From: Acidimicrobiia bacterium
GTDB taxonomy: Bacteria; Actinomycetota; Acidimicrobiia; Spongiisociales; SHLN01
Length of the DNA stretch: 64,000 nucleotides
Reading direction: 5' to 3'
NCBI GenBank assembly: GCA_041619515.1
Contig: JBFKDW010000001.1
Coordinates: 15,129 to 79,128 of the forward strand
The translations under genes were made by a program, and so were the position numbers. Under the pieces are notes generated by a model. It ran no database searches. It was not told the DNA's origin and saw nothing but the letters and a program-made list of their open reading frames with translations. Within the stretch, counting starts at the first letter, position 1. Each line of letters starts with the position of its first letter. Shown piece by piece: positions 1 through 9,507 of this stretch.

Positions 1-814
1 CGCCACAGTCGCAACGCCGGCTCCGGAAGACGTCGCCCGTAAGACACTCCGAATGGATGCGAACCAGCACCGAGCCGCCGTCATGAATATCGCCGTGCAC
101 GAGTGCCAGGTGCTCGGCACCCTCGAAATGATCCCTGAATCCGATGGCGCGAAACTCACCCTTCGGAGTCGGCAGGGTCACTTCGCTGGTGCGGGTGACA
201 AGCTGCTCGATCTGGCGCCGGTAGGAGATCAGGTCGGCGATCGTGACGAGCAGGATGCCGTGCTCTTTGGCAAAGAGCTCGAGATCGGCGCCCCGTGCCA
301 TCGTGCCGTCGTCGTTCACGATCTCGCACAGCACCCCGGCCGGATAGAGACCGGCGAGGCGGGCGAAGTCGACGGCCGCCTCGGTATGGCCGGGTCGCCG
401 CAATACACCACCGTCGCAGTAACGGAGGGGGAACACATGCCCAGGCCGAGCCAGATCGGACGGCCTCGTGAGCGGATCGATCATCGCCTGGATGGTTGCC
501 GCCCGGTCCTCGGCGGAGATACCGGTGGTTGTGCCCGGGGTGTAGTCGACCGAAACCGTGAACGACGTTCGGTGGATGTCGGTGTTGTCCGCCACCATGA
601 GTGGCAGGCGCAGATCGTCGAGCCGCTCCCCCACCAGCGGCATGCAAATGAGGCCGCTGGTGTATCGCACCATGAAGGCGATGGCTTCGGGGGTTACCTT
701 TTCAGCGGCGATGATGAGATCGCCTTCGTTCTCGCGATCGACGTCATCGATGACGACCAAGAACTCTCCGCGTGCGATGGCTTCGATCGCCTCTTCGATC
801 GGCGCGTGCTTCAT
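1..814 (-). CDS. ribBA: Bifunctional 3,4-dihydroxy-2-butanone-4-phosphate synthase / GTP cyclohydrolase II (N-terminal part; gene runs off window start)
   Basis: Not in the ORF track because there is no in-window stop. Minus-strand translation from the ATG at 812-814 reads [51 protein letters not shown], the classic RibB signature (DRENEGDL). The ATG overlaps the ribE stop (ATGA). It sits at the position expected for ribA2 in an actinobacterial rib operon. Confidence 0.75.
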   Translation of the reverse strand, partial: MKHAPIEEAIEAIARGEFLVVIDDVDRENEGDLIIAAEKVTPEAIAFMVRYTSGLICMPLVGERLDDLRLPLMVADNTDIHRTSFTVSVDYTPGTTTGISAEDRAATIQAMIDPLTRPSDLARPGHVFPLRYCDGGVLRRPGHTEAAVDFARLAGLYPAGVLCEIVNDDGTMARGADLELFAKEHGILLVTIADLISYRRQIEQLVTRTSEVTLPTPKGEFRAIGFRDHFEGAEHLALVHGDIHDGGSVLVRIHSECLTGDVFRSRRCDCG

Positions 815-1404
815 GTGCGGTCCTCCAACAGACGTTCGACGTACTTGGCGAGAATGTCCACTTCGACGTTGACGGCCTCCCCGACCCGGCGGGCTCCGAG
901 CACCGTGACTTCGAGGGTGTGCGGGATCAAGACGAGATCAAACGTATCGGTGCCGACCGAGGTGATGGTGAGCGAAACCCCGTCAACGGCGACCGAGCCT
1001 TTCTCGACCATGTACCGAAGCAGGGCAGGCGCGGCGGCGAAGCGGACCCGCCGAGATTCCCCCTCGACGGCGATGTCGGCCACCTGCGCCGACCCGTCGA
1101 TGTGCCCTTGCACGATGTGCCCGTCGAAGCGTCCGGCAGCCGCCATCGGCCGCTCGAGGTTCACCCGGTCTCCGGGCGCAAGGGTTCCGAGATTGGTGCG
1201 CTCCAGGGTTTCGAACACGGCCGTCACCTCAACCAGGCCCGGGGCTGCCCCGACGGCGGTCAGGCACACGCCGTTCACGGCTACCGAGTCCCCGATCTCG
1301 AGGCCGTCGAGTGCCTTGGCGGCGGTGATGATGAGACGGCGGGCATCGTCTCCCTCCGAGACCTCGGCCACGGTGCCAATGCCTTCGACGATTCCGGTGA
1401 ACAT
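811..1404 (-). CDS. ribE: Riboflavin synthase alpha subunit
   Basis: Contains [12 protein letters not shown]...[12 protein letters not shown], and the internal duplication typical of riboflavin synthase is visible. The ATG at 1402-1404 overlaps the ribD stop (ATGA). The 5' part of ORF 811..1572 upstream of MFTGIVE is a read-through extension. Confidence 0.85.
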   Translation of the reverse strand: MFTGIVEGIGTVAEVSEGDDARRLIITAAKALDGLEIGDSVAVNGVCLTAVGAAPGLVEVTAVFETLERTNLGTLAPGDRVNLERPMAAAGRFDGHIVQGHIDGSAQVADIAVEGESRRVRFAAAPALLRYMVEKGSVAVDGVSLTITSVGTDTFDLVLIPHTLEVTVLGARRVGEAVNVEVDILAKYVERLLEDRT

Positions 1405-2504
1405 CAGTTGCTCTCGGTCCTGGTGAGGGTCACGTCCACCCGCAGGTCGGGCCCGACCCGCCGCACGTCCTCGATCTCGACGTCGATTGCGTCGTCGAGG
1501 GTGGCGAACGTCCCCGCGAACGGTGATCGTCCTACTCCGGCGGCCAGCTTCGAGCCGAAGTAGAAGACGCACCGGTCGATGAGGCGTGATTCGAGCAGGC
1601 TATCGGACAGTATCGGGCCGCCCTCGACGAGCAAGTCGAGGATCCCGCGGTCACCGAGCTCTCGCATCGCTTTCTCCAGATCGACCCGGTCGCCCGATTC
1701 GATGACCACGACTTCTGTGTCGAGCCGGCGGGTGGTGGGGGCGAATATGAGGGCATTTCGTTCGATGACCCGCAGGTCGTTCGGAAAGGGTCGCTTGCCG
1801 GCGATGACCACCGGGACCGGCTGGCGCCCGTGATAGCCGGGCAGGCGGACCGACAGATCCGGGTTGTCGGCCAGGACGGTGCCGGCACCGACCATAACGG
1901 CGTCGGCCCCGGCTCGCAGCCGATGGCCGTCTTCGCGTGCAGCGGCGGAGGTAATCCACTGCGAGGACCCGTCCAAGGCGGCCACCTGCCCGTCGAGAGT
2001 GAGTGCAGCCTTGAGCGTGACGCGCGGGCGTCCTGTCTTTCGATGGTGAAAGTACCCGGGATCCGCCGCTTCGACCTCGTCGGCAAGGAGCCCGGTGGCC
2101 ATCTCGATGCCGGCCTCTCGCAACCGCTCGACGCCGCTGCCGGCCACACGGGGATCAGGGTCGACGGCGCCGATGACGACGCGGGCGACGCCGGATTCGA
2201 CGATGGCGTCTGTGCAGGGCGGCGTGCGGCCGTGATGGTTGCACGGCTCCAGCGTTACCACCAGCGTGCCGCCCCGTGCGGCGGATCCGGCCTCTAGCAG
2301 AGCCGCCCGTTCGGCGTGGGGTCGGCCGGCCTCGTGGTGAATCGCCCGCCCGATCACGGCTCCGGACTCGTCGAGCACGACAGCGCCGACCCGGGGGTTG
2401 GGGTGCGGATTCACCTGGGAGGCTTCCCCGATGGCGCTCTGCATGTGGTTCCTGTAGTCGTTCACGGCGCTCCAGACAGTCGTGTCGAAGGAGTCCGCGC
2501 TCAC
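1404..2504 (-). CDS. ribD: Bifunctional diaminohydroxyphosphoribosylaminopyrimidine deaminase / 5-amino-6-(5-phosphoribosylamino)uracil reductase
   Basis: Deaminase zinc motif region HAERAALLEAG...TLVVTLEPCNHHGRTPPC, followed by a reductase domain. GTG start at 2504. An alternative ATG (MQSAIGEA) lies at about 2444. Directly downstream of the FMN riboswitch. Confidence 0.85.
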   Translation of the reverse strand: MSADSFDTTVWSAVNDYRNHMQSAIGEASQVNPHPNPRVGAVVLDESGAVIGRAIHHEAGRPHAERAALLEAGSAARGGTLVVTLEPCNHHGRTPPCTDAIVESGVARVVIGAVDPDPRVAGSGVERLREAGIEMATGLLADEVEAADPGYFHHRKTGRPRVTLKAALTLDGQVAALDGSSQWITSAAAREDGHRLRAGADAVMVGAGTVLADNPDLSVRLPGYHGRQPVPVVIAGKRPFPNDLRVIERNALIFAPTTRRLDTEVVVIESGDRVDLEKAMRELGDRGILDLLVEGGPILSDSLLESRLIDRCVFYFGSKLAAGVGRSPFAGTFATLDDAIDVEIEDVRRVGPDLRVDVTLTRTESN

Positions 2505-2514
2505 GCAGAAGCAG

Positions 2515-2632
2515 ACCCTTCTTCTTCCATCCGGACTGTCACCGTCGGCCCCGGAGTTCCACCGAGTCCACCCTTGCGGGGTCGCGGGCTTTCACCGCCG
2601 GTCGGGAATTGCACCCTGCCCTGAAGAAGAGC
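2515..2632 (-). promoter_or_regulatory. FMN riboswitch (RFN element) in ribD leader
   Basis: The minus-strand RNA reads CUUCUUCAGGGCAGGGUGCAAUUCCCGACCGGCGGUGAAAGCCCGCGACCCCGCAAGGGUGGACUCGGUGGAACUCCGGGGCCGACGGUGACAGUCCGGAUGGAAGAAGAAGG. This matches the conserved RFN core (GGGCAGGGUGAAAUUCCCGACCGGCGGU...AGCCCGCGA...CCGGGGCCGACGGU.A.AGUCCGGAUGG) with a P1 stem CUUCUUC/GAAGAAG. Confidence 0.85.
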
Positions 2633-2681
2633 TAGATGAAGTGTATCGCAGCTGCGCCGAAGGGCCGGGGCGAATAGGCGG

Positions 2682-2701
2682 GCCGACTCCCGCGAGTCGG
2701 C
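2682..2701 (-). terminator. GC-rich hairpin (GCCGACUC-GCGG-GAGUCGGC) overlapping the stop codon of the REC-GGDEF gene; possible terminator/insulator ahead of the rib promoter
   Basis: Perfect 8-bp inverted repeat with a 4-nt loop seen in the sequence. The downstream tract (CCGCCUAUUCG) is only weakly U-rich. Confidence 0.3.
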
Positions 2702-3630
2702 TAGGTGTTTCTGCGGTCGATCTCGTAGACGGAGCCCGGCTGGCGCTTGGCGTATTCCTTCATCTCCGAAGCCACCGCAGATGCCTCCCATTGATTGGAG
2801 ATATCACGATCTTTGGTGCTCACCACACCCAGCGAGATCGAGGTATGCGGGAAGGCATGGCGCTCGCCACGGCGATCGGTCACCTCGATGTAGCCGCGCA
2901 AGACGTCGCTGGTGTCGTAGAAATCGAGAATGCCCTCGTCGAAGGTCCTGATGAGGGTTTTGCAGAAGTCCTCCACTCCGTCGGGATCGACGATGGCAAC
3001 GAAGTCATCCCCGCCGACGTGTCCGACGAAGGCCTCGGGGTCATCGAGCCCGGCCTGGGCCTCGAGCATCACGTGGGCGGTGAACTTGATCACCCCGTCT
3101 CCGCGCATGAAGCCGTAGTGGTCGTTGAAGGCTTTGAAGTTGTCGAGATCAGCGTGTACGAGGGCGTACGGCTCACCGCTTTCGGTGCGCCGCTCCAACT
3201 CCTGCGTTATCCGGAAATTCCCGGGGAGACCGGTCAGCGGGGAAAGGTCGCGCATCGCCTTGGCACGCTGGAGCACGGTCCGCACCCGCACCATGAGCTC
3301 GTCGAGCTCGAAGGGCTTCGAGATGTAGTCGTCGGCACCCAGCTCCAGGCCTCGAATCCGATCCTGCGGCAAAGCCTTGGCGGTCAGCACGATGACCGGG
3401 ATGTTGGTGCTCACCGGGTGGGCGCGCATGCGGCGCAGCACGGCGAGACCGTCCATCTCGGGCATCATGATGTCGAGGATGACCAAATCGGGGGCGTTCT
3501 TGGTCACCGCGGCCAGAGCCGCCTTGCCGTCGGTGGCCGATGACACCTCGTAACCCTCGAGCTGCAGGTTCACCGAAACGAACTGGACTATGTCCGGATC
3601 ATCGTCGGCGATGAAAATATGTTCGTTCAT
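2701..3630 (-). CDS. Response regulator with receiver (REC) and GGDEF domains; GGDEF motif reads GGDDF and there is no RxxD I-site
   Basis: REC: IADDDPDIV...DLVILDIMMPEMDG...VIVLTAKA...DDYISKPF. GGDEF domain: ADLDNFKAFNDHYGF...GHVGGDDFVAIV. GGDDF is confirmed at the DNA level (GGC GGG GAT GAC TTC at 3001-3015). The ATG at 3630 overlaps the rpe stop (ATGA). Confidence 0.85.
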   Translation of the reverse strand: MNEHIFIADDDPDIVQFVSVNLQLEGYEVSSATDGKAALAAVTKNAPDLVILDIMMPEMDGLAVLRRMRAHPVSTNIPVIVLTAKALPQDRIRGLELGADDYISKPFELDELMVRVRTVLQRAKAMRDLSPLTGLPGNFRITQELERRTESGEPYALVHADLDNFKAFNDHYGFMRGDGVIKFTAHVMLEAQAGLDDPEAFVGHVGGDDFVAIVDPDGVEDFCKTLIRTFDEGILDFYDTSDVLRGYIEVTDRRGERHAFPHTSISLGVVSTKDRDISNQWEASAVASEMKEYAKRQPGSVYEIDRRNT

Positions 3631-4292
3631 CCGCTCTCGTTCTCTATGGCCGCTCGCAACTCTGCCACGGCATCGACGGGGTCGGGCCGTCCGAAAATGG
3701 CGGTGCCGGCAACGAAGATGTCGGCACCGGCGGCTCTCGCGAGCTTGCCTGTCTCGGGCGTAATGCCCCCGTCGATCTGTATATCGGCGGCAAACCCTTC
3801 AGAATCAATGATTTCCCTCGCATGTTCCACCTTCGTCAGCACGTCCGGGATGAACGCCTGGCCCCCAAATCCGGGATACACCGACATGATCAGCAGGTTG
3901 TCTACGAGGGAGAGGTACGGCTCGACCGCCGTCAGCGGTGTGGGCGGGTTGAGGGTCAGGCCGAATTGGAGGCCTTCGGCCCGGGCGGCCTCGGCCAGGG
4001 TGGTCGGATCGGGAGCCACCTCGATGTGAATCGTCACCATGTCGCATCCGGCCGCCTTGAAGTGAGGAAAGAAGTAGGCGGGGTTGTTCATCATCAAGTG
4101 GGTGTCGAAGAAGAGCCCGGTCGTCGGACGCAGATCTTCGATGACGCTGAGCCCGAAGGAGATATTGGGGACGAAATGACCGTCCATCACGTCGACGTGG
4201 AGCCCATCAACCACCTCCTCCACCCGGGCCACGTCCTCGGCAAGGTGAGCAAAATCTGCAGCCAGCAGTGAGGGGTAGATGCGAGCAGCCAT
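3627..4292 (-). CDS. rpe: Ribulose-phosphate 3-epimerase
   Basis: Contains LHVDVMDGHFVPNISFG...MSVYPGFGGQAF...DGGI, a typical Rpe. Confidence 0.9.
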   Translation of the reverse strand: MAARIYPSLLAADFAHLAEDVARVEEVVDGLHVDVMDGHFVPNISFGLSVIEDLRPTTGLFFDTHLMMNNPAYFFPHFKAAGCDMVTIHIEVAPDPTTLAEAARAEGLQFGLTLNPPTPLTAVEPYLSLVDNLLIMSVYPGFGGQAFIPDVLTKVEHAREIIDSEGFAADIQIDGGITPETGKLARAAGADIFVAGTAIFGRPDPVDAVAELRAAIENESG

Positions 4293-4338
4293 CCCGGGAG
4301 ATTACCGCCGAGCCCGGGTGTGTGGTCGCAGCATGCCG

Positions 4339-5532
4339 TCACGGGCGCACCAGGCTGATGAACATCCCGTCGCTGCCGGTGAGGTGGGGACCGAGCAGCC
4401 AGCCGTTCCCTGCCCGGCGGCCCGGCAAACCCGCAGGAGGTTCCGCCCGTGCGTTGGCCACCACCTCGGTGGTCTCCTCGGGGAACACGGTGCACACGGC
4501 GTACACCACCAGGCCGTCGGGTTTCACCAGCCTGAGTGCTGCGCTCAGGAGCTGCCGTTGGAGGGCTCCGGCCCGGCCCGGGCTGTCGGGCTGCAGCCGG
4601 TGCCGGATCTCGGGCCGCCGCCGCAGGGTCCCCAAGCCGGTGCAGGGGGCATCGAGCAGCACCCGGTCGAAGCTGGCGGTGGCAAATGGAGGGTGCCGGC
4701 CGTCTGCGACCACCAGCGGAATATCGACCCCGAGTCGTTCAAACCGGCGAGCGGCCGTCGCCAGGCGCCGGGCGTGGCGATCGGCCCCGATCACCAGGCC
4801 TCGGCCCTCCAGCTGATCGTGAAGATGCAGCGTCTTGCCACCCGGGGCTGCTGCCAGGTCGAGGATCACCATGCCTGGCCGGGCCCCGACCGCCAGGCCA
4901 ACGGCCACCGACGACGGGTCCATCGGCTCGGAACCCTTGAGATCGGCTCCGGTCTCGACGGCGCCGGCTATTCCCGGGATGGGCCGGCCGGCGCCGGCCC
5001 CCACCGACCGACTACGAGCGGTTCGAGGCGCGGGCTGGAGCGAAGCGGCCAGGAACGCCTCGGCTTCTGGCTGCCCCCACGCGTCGATGAGATTTCGATA
5101 CACCCACGGGTCGACTCCGAGCTCGATGGCCTTCCCGGGAAGCCCGGCAGGAAGCTCTTCCTTCCCGATCTGTACCTTGCGCAGCACCGCATTCACGAAT
5201 CCGGCCGCCCGCTCCCCCGAAGCCTTCCGGGCGGCTTCCACCGCCTCGTGAACGGCCGCATGGGGGGCGCCGCCTCCCAATCGGAGCTCCCAGGCCCCGA
5301 CCCGTAAGAGGTCCAGCACCGCCGGCTCGACATCGGAAAGCGAACGATCGACGGCATCGGCCAAGATTCGATCGATTCGGCCCAGCTGCCGCAACGTGCC
5401 GTAGACGAGCCGGCGCACCAGGGCAGCATCCGGGCCGGTCCCCAGCCCGGCGAGCAGGACGTTGGAATAGGCGCCCGACCTGAGGACCCGCCCGAGGATG
5501 ACCGCCGCCTCCGCTCGCGGTGATCGCTTCAC
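4339..5532 (-). CDS. rsmB: 16S rRNA (cytosine967-C5)-methyltransferase RsmB/Sun
   Basis: N-terminal NusB-like region, SAM-binding VLDLAAAPGGKT, and the DRVLLDAPCTGLGTLRRRPE catalytic motif. The likely GTG start at 5532 overlaps the fmt stop (GTGA). The ORF track extends it to 5568. Confidence 0.8.
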   Translation of the reverse strand: MKRSPRAEAAVILGRVLRSGAYSNVLLAGLGTGPDAALVRRLVYGTLRQLGRIDRILADAVDRSLSDVEPAVLDLLRVGAWELRLGGGAPHAAVHEAVEAARKASGERAAGFVNAVLRKVQIGKEELPAGLPGKAIELGVDPWVYRNLIDAWGQPEAEAFLAASLQPAPRTARSRSVGAGAGRPIPGIAGAVETGADLKGSEPMDPSSVAVGLAVGARPGMVILDLAAAPGGKTLHLHDQLEGRGLVIGADRHARRLATAARRFERLGVDIPLVVADGRHPPFATASFDRVLLDAPCTGLGTLRRRPEIRHRLQPDSPGRAGALQRQLLSAALRLVKPDGLVVYAVCTVFPEETTEVVANARAEPPAGLPGRRAGNGWLLGPHLTGSDGMFISLVRP

Positions 5533-6449
5533 TCCCAGTGGAAGGGCCCTCGGTGGCCGCGCGCCCACACGGCGCCGGGCATCCGGGCCCTGCCGGCTGC
5601 CTGCACCTCGATCAGCTCGAGAGCCCCTGCTGTAGTTCCGACGACCGGCGCGCCATCCTCGAGCCTGGTCTCACCGGCCGCAGCCCTCACCTCCGGGCGG
5701 AGCCGGGCCCGCCATACCTTCAGCCGCGCCCCATCCATCACACCCCAGGCACCGGGCCGGGGGTTGCAGGCGCGAACGATCCGGTCGGCCACCTCTGCCG
5801 GCATCGACCTCGGGTCCAGGCGGGCATCTTCGGCTGTGATCTTGGCGGCGATCGTCATGCCCTCCTCACCCTGAGGAGTGGTGGATGCGCTTCCATCGAG
5901 AATGCGGGGAAGGGTCTCGGCCAGAAGGTCCGCACCCATCCCTGCCAGTCGAGCGGTGAGTGTGCCGGTGGTGTCGGCCGGATCGATGGGTGCGGCTCGC
6001 CGGGCGATGAGCGGGCCCGTATCCATGCCGGCGTCCAGAGCTATGACATCCACCCCCGTGGTTTCGTCCCCGGCGAGGATCGCTCGCGCCACCGGTGCTG
6101 CGCCCCGCCAGCGGGGCAGCCGTGAGAAGTGGACGTTGACGAACCCATGAGCCGGCACTTCCAGCAGGTCGGCCGGGAGGATCTGGCCGTAGGCAACCAC
6201 CACTGCCAGGTCGAGGCCCGCCAGCAGGGGCGCCGTCTCCGCCGACCGCTCGGGCTGGGCCACCGGCAGGCCCCAGGCTTCAGCCGCCTCCTTGATGGCG
6301 GGTGGATGCGGGGCACCGGACCGCCCGCGAGCCTTATCCGGTCTCGTGACCACAGCCTGGACCTCGGTAGCCGCCGCCACGACCGCCAGGAAGGGAACCG
6401 CCGCCGGTGGTGTCCCGAAGAACGCGGTGCGGGCGCGTCGACCAGTCAC
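5529..6449 (-). CDS. fmt: Methionyl-tRNA formyltransferase
   Basis: N-terminal FFGTP...AVP formyltransferase fold and an Fmt C-terminal domain. The start overlaps the def stop. Confidence 0.85.
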   Translation of the reverse strand: MTGRRARTAFFGTPPAAVPFLAVVAAATEVQAVVTRPDKARGRSGAPHPPAIKEAAEAWGLPVAQPERSAETAPLLAGLDLAVVVAYGQILPADLLEVPAHGFVNVHFSRLPRWRGAAPVARAILAGDETTGVDVIALDAGMDTGPLIARRAAPIDPADTTGTLTARLAGMGADLLAETLPRILDGSASTTPQGEEGMTIAAKITAEDARLDPRSMPAEVADRIVRACNPRPGAWGVMDGARLKVWRARLRPEVRAAAGETRLEDGAPVVGTTAGALELIEVQAAGRARMPGAVWARGHRGPFHWE

Positions 6450-6949
6450 TCGCTGGTTGCTATCCCGAGCGCTTCTCTGCGCAGCTCCCGCAGTGCCGCC
6501 TTGCGCTGAAGCCTGCCGAGGCGGTCGAGCAAGAGCGTCCCGTCCAGATGGTCGAGCTCATGCTGCAACATGCGCCCCATCAGCTCATCACCCTCGAGCT
6601 CGAGTGGAGCACCGGTCACGTCGAAGCCGGCCAGCCTGGCGAAAGCGGGGCGAGTTATCGGCCAGAAGCGCTCCGGGACCGAGAGGCAGCCCTCGTCGAA
6701 CTCCCATTCTCCGTGTGCCTCGACGAGCCCGGGATTGACCATGTGGCCGGGACCTTCACCGATGTCGAACACGAAGAGGCGCTTGGAGATCCCAATCTGC
6801 GGTGCCGCCAACCCCACTCCGGGAGCGGCGTACATCGTCTCGAGCATGTCTTCGACGAGGCGCGCCAGATCATCGTCGAAGGCGTCGACGGAGTCGGCGG
6901 CGGTGTTCAAGACCGGATCGCCGAAGGTTCTGATCGGGAATACTGCCAT
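6446..6949 (-). CDS. def: Peptide deformylase
   Basis: Contains GVGLAAPQIG...EGCLSVP...QHELDHLDG (Def motifs 1-3). The true start is the internal ATG at 6949 (MAVFPIRTFGDP). The upstream part of ORF 6446..7357 is a read-through extension. Confidence 0.85.
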   Translation of the reverse strand: MAVFPIRTFGDPVLNTAADSVDAFDDDLARLVEDMLETMYAAPGVGLAAPQIGISKRLFVFDIGEGPGHMVNPGLVEAHGEWEFDEGCLSVPERFWPITRPAFARLAGFDVTGAPLELEGDELMGRMLQHELDHLDGTLLLDRLGRLQRKAALRELRREALGIATSE

Positions 6950-7049
6950 GACGGCGTAGCGTACTCCGGGCCCCGCCGCCAGCGAACCGGCGCGGTCCAG
7001 GACGATCTCCCGTGCCCAAACAGCGCTGCCGCCCAGATCGAGCTGCCCG

Positions 7050-8837
7050 CTACAACTCGAGCGGGTCGACATCGACCCGCACCCGGGTGCCCGCGTCGCG
7101 CCAGCGCTGCACCTGTCGTCGCAGGGCAATGCGGAATGAGCGCAGGTCACTTCCCTGCACCAGCCAGCGGTGGCGCCCCGGCTGGTCGGCCGGCCCAAAG
7201 ACTTCGGCTCGTCCGTTCGCCATCTCCCGAATCTCGCCGTCGGCTGCCCCCACGGTGTCGAGCTCGATGACCAGCACCTCCCCCATCGGGGGTAGCCGGG
7301 TCGCCGCCCGCTGTGCGATTGTCTCCTCGAGGAACTTGAGGGGATCGCCGTGGACAAGCGCAGCGATCACAGGGTGGTCGGGCCGTCCGGTTTGCACCAT
7401 CGTTCTGCGCCCCGATCCGCTCCCCACCGTCTCCGACACCCTGGCGAGCAATCGCAGCGCGTCCTCGGCTGCCCGATAGTGGGGTGCATGAATCAGACCG
7501 TCGGCGTCGACGACCACCGCCAGGTCGACGTTGGAAACCGCCGGCACATCACGCTCGGTGCCCACCCAGACCGGTGCATCCGATCCCACCGACCCGGCCG
7601 CCACCGATCCTGACAGGGTTTCGGCAATCCGCTCTGCGCCCGCCCCGAGCGGTTCAAAGGCTGCACCCCCGCAGGCTCGGCAGGGCCCGATACCGGCGCC
7701 ACAGCGCGGGCACGAGTCTGTCCGGTCGGCACGGGTCTCGCACTCGGGACAGGTCCGCACCAACCGGCAGCTGGCGCATCGGAACGCCGGGGCATATCCC
7801 CGCCGATGGGTGAACACGAACACCCTGCCGCCTCGCCCCACCACAGCACGCATGGCCGCCTGGGAACGGGCCGCCAGGAATCCGCTCCCGGGTGGCTCCT
7901 CATTTCGATCGACCACCTCGACGAGCGGCCAGGCTCTGGTGCCGCCGGTGCGAACCACGGGCATGCCCGAGGCAATGACCTCGGAGCTGGGGACGCCCCC
8001 CGCCAGCACCAGGCCAAACCGCTCGACAGCAGCCCGGCGGCGCACCACCTCGCGAGCGTGAATCGTTGGTGAGCTCTTCTCCTTCATCCCCTTGCGGGCC
8101 TCCCCCACCAGCACCGCCAGCCCCAGATCGGCCAGTGGCCAAAAGCACACCTCCCGGGTCCCCACCACGATCTGACCAGCCTGGGCGGCCGCCCGGTTCC
8201 AGGCAGTCGTGACGGCGCGGGCGTCGTGCGACGAGGTCGCCCGCAGCAGCCGGCCGGGTATCCGCTCCTCGAGAGCATCCGCCAGATGGTTCATCTCAGC
8301 GACGGTCGGCATCACTACCAGCACCGATCTTCCCGCTGCCAGCAGGGGTGTTGCCAGGGCTGCCACCGAGCCGTCCCACGGCTTGCGGCCGAGCAGGAAA
8401 TGCCCCCGCCCGTGAAGTCGGGCCGCCGCCCGGCTGGTGAGCTCTGGGATCGGCGAGTCGCCGTTGACGGCGACGGGAGCCAGCGGCCGGGGACGGGGCC
8501 GGCCGGGGAGGTTGGGCGGCGCCGTCTTGCCCAGCAGCACCGAGAGAGGAGCCACGTAATGGACCGCCAGCGAGCGCAGGGTCTCCAACAGGCGATCGTT
8601 GAAGACCGGCACCGGGGAGGAAACCCGAATGATCGGCTTCAGCTTCGACGAATCGCCGTGGCGCACACTGGTGACATAGCCTCGAACCCGACGCCCGCCC
8701 AGCGGGACCCGTACGATCGACCCGACGGAGACCGCGATGTCGGCCGGGATGGCGTAGCTGAACCCGTCGTCGACGGAAAAGGTGGGGACCGCAGGAACCA
8801 CTTGAGCGATGGTGTCTCCGGGTCCGGCCGGGCTCAT
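7050..8837 (-). CDS. priA: Primosomal protein N' (PriA)
   Basis: PriA-like helicase core with a Cys-rich zinc-binding insert (CASCRLVRTCPECE...CPRCGAGIGPCRACGG). The likely start is MSPAGPG at 8837. ORF 7050..9014 is probably over-extended into coaB. Confidence 0.75.
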   Translation of the reverse strand: MSPAGPGDTIAQVVPAVPTFSVDDGFSYAIPADIAVSVGSIVRVPLGGRRVRGYVTSVRHGDSSKLKPIIRVSSPVPVFNDRLLETLRSLAVHYVAPLSVLLGKTAPPNLPGRPRPRPLAPVAVNGDSPIPELTSRAAARLHGRGHFLLGRKPWDGSVAALATPLLAAGRSVLVVMPTVAEMNHLADALEERIPGRLLRATSSHDARAVTTAWNRAAAQAGQIVVGTREVCFWPLADLGLAVLVGEARKGMKEKSSPTIHAREVVRRRAAVERFGLVLAGGVPSSEVIASGMPVVRTGGTRAWPLVEVVDRNEEPPGSGFLAARSQAAMRAVVGRGGRVFVFTHRRGYAPAFRCASCRLVRTCPECETRADRTDSCPRCGAGIGPCRACGGAAFEPLGAGAERIAETLSGSVAAGSVGSDAPVWVGTERDVPAVSNVDLAVVVDADGLIHAPHYRAAEDALRLLARVSETVGSGSGRRTMVQTGRPDHPVIAALVHGDPLKFLEETIAQRAATRLPPMGEVLVIELDTVGAADGEIREMANGRAEVFGPADQPGRHRWLVQGSDLRSFRIALRRQVQRWRDAGTRVRVDVDPLEL

Positions 8838-8856
8838 CACTTCGTCGCCGCGGCGG

Positions 8857-9507
8857 TCAGCCCCGGCCGGCCCGCATACCGGCCAGGAGATCCCACAGCC
8901 GGGACGCCACTTCGGCCTTCGACAGCAACGGCCAGGGCTCGACGGTGCCGTCCGCCAGGATGACCGTGACTTCGTTGGTGGTGGTCCCAAACCCGGAGCC
9001 GGGTGCCAGGACATCGTTTGCCACCAGGACGTCGACCCCTTTGGAGCGCGCTTTCGTGATTGCCCGTTCGAGAGACCCGGCCTCGGCTGCGAACCCGACG
9101 ACGAGACCGCTGACGTCGGCTGCCACGACCCCGGCCAGGATATCGGGTGCCGGCTCGAGCTCGATGACGGGTGGCCCGTCGGCGCGTGCCAGCTTGTGTT
9201 CGTGCACCCGCACCGGCCTGAAGTCGGCTACGGCGGCGGCCATCACGATGGCATCCTGCCCGGGTGCTCGCTCCCACACCGCCTCGGCCATCTCCGCGGC
9301 CGTCTCAACCGAGATGATGTCTCCCTCCAGGTCCGGCGGGGACACGGTCGTCACGAGCGTTACTTTCGCCCCGCGGGCGGCGGCTTCCAGTGCGATGGCG
9401 TTCCCCATCCTCCCCGACGAGCGGTTGCCGATGTAGCGAACCGGATCGATCGGCTCCCTCGTGCCGCCGGCGGTGACGAGCACCTTCCAGCCGGCCAGAT
9501 CAGCCAT
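8857..9507 (-). CDS. coaB: Phosphopantothenate--cysteine ligase (CoaB)
   Basis: MADLAGWKVLVTAGGTREPIDPVRYIGNRSSGRMG is the CoaB domain signature. The ATG at 9505-9507 overlaps the coaC stop by 8 nt (ATGGCTGA). Confidence 0.8.
   Translation of the reverse strand: MADLAGWKVLVTAGGTREPIDPVRYIGNRSSGRMGNAIALEAAARGAKVTLVTTVSPPDLEGDIISVETAAEMAEAVWERAPGQDAIVMAAAVADFRPVRVHEHKLARADGPPVIELEPAPDILAGVVAADVSGLVVGFAAEAGSLERAITKARSKGVDVLVANDVLAPGSGFGTTTNEVTVILADGTVEPWPLLSKAEVASRLWDLLAGMRAGRG

Noticed and set aside
53-1426. 457-aa plus-strand ORF, the longest in the first 1.5 kb
   Set aside because: It is antisense to ribBA and ribE, whose identity is unambiguous from the DRENEGDL and MFTGIVEG motifs. Its product is Arg/Gly/Pro/His-rich with no motif. 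This is a typical high-GC antisense artefact.
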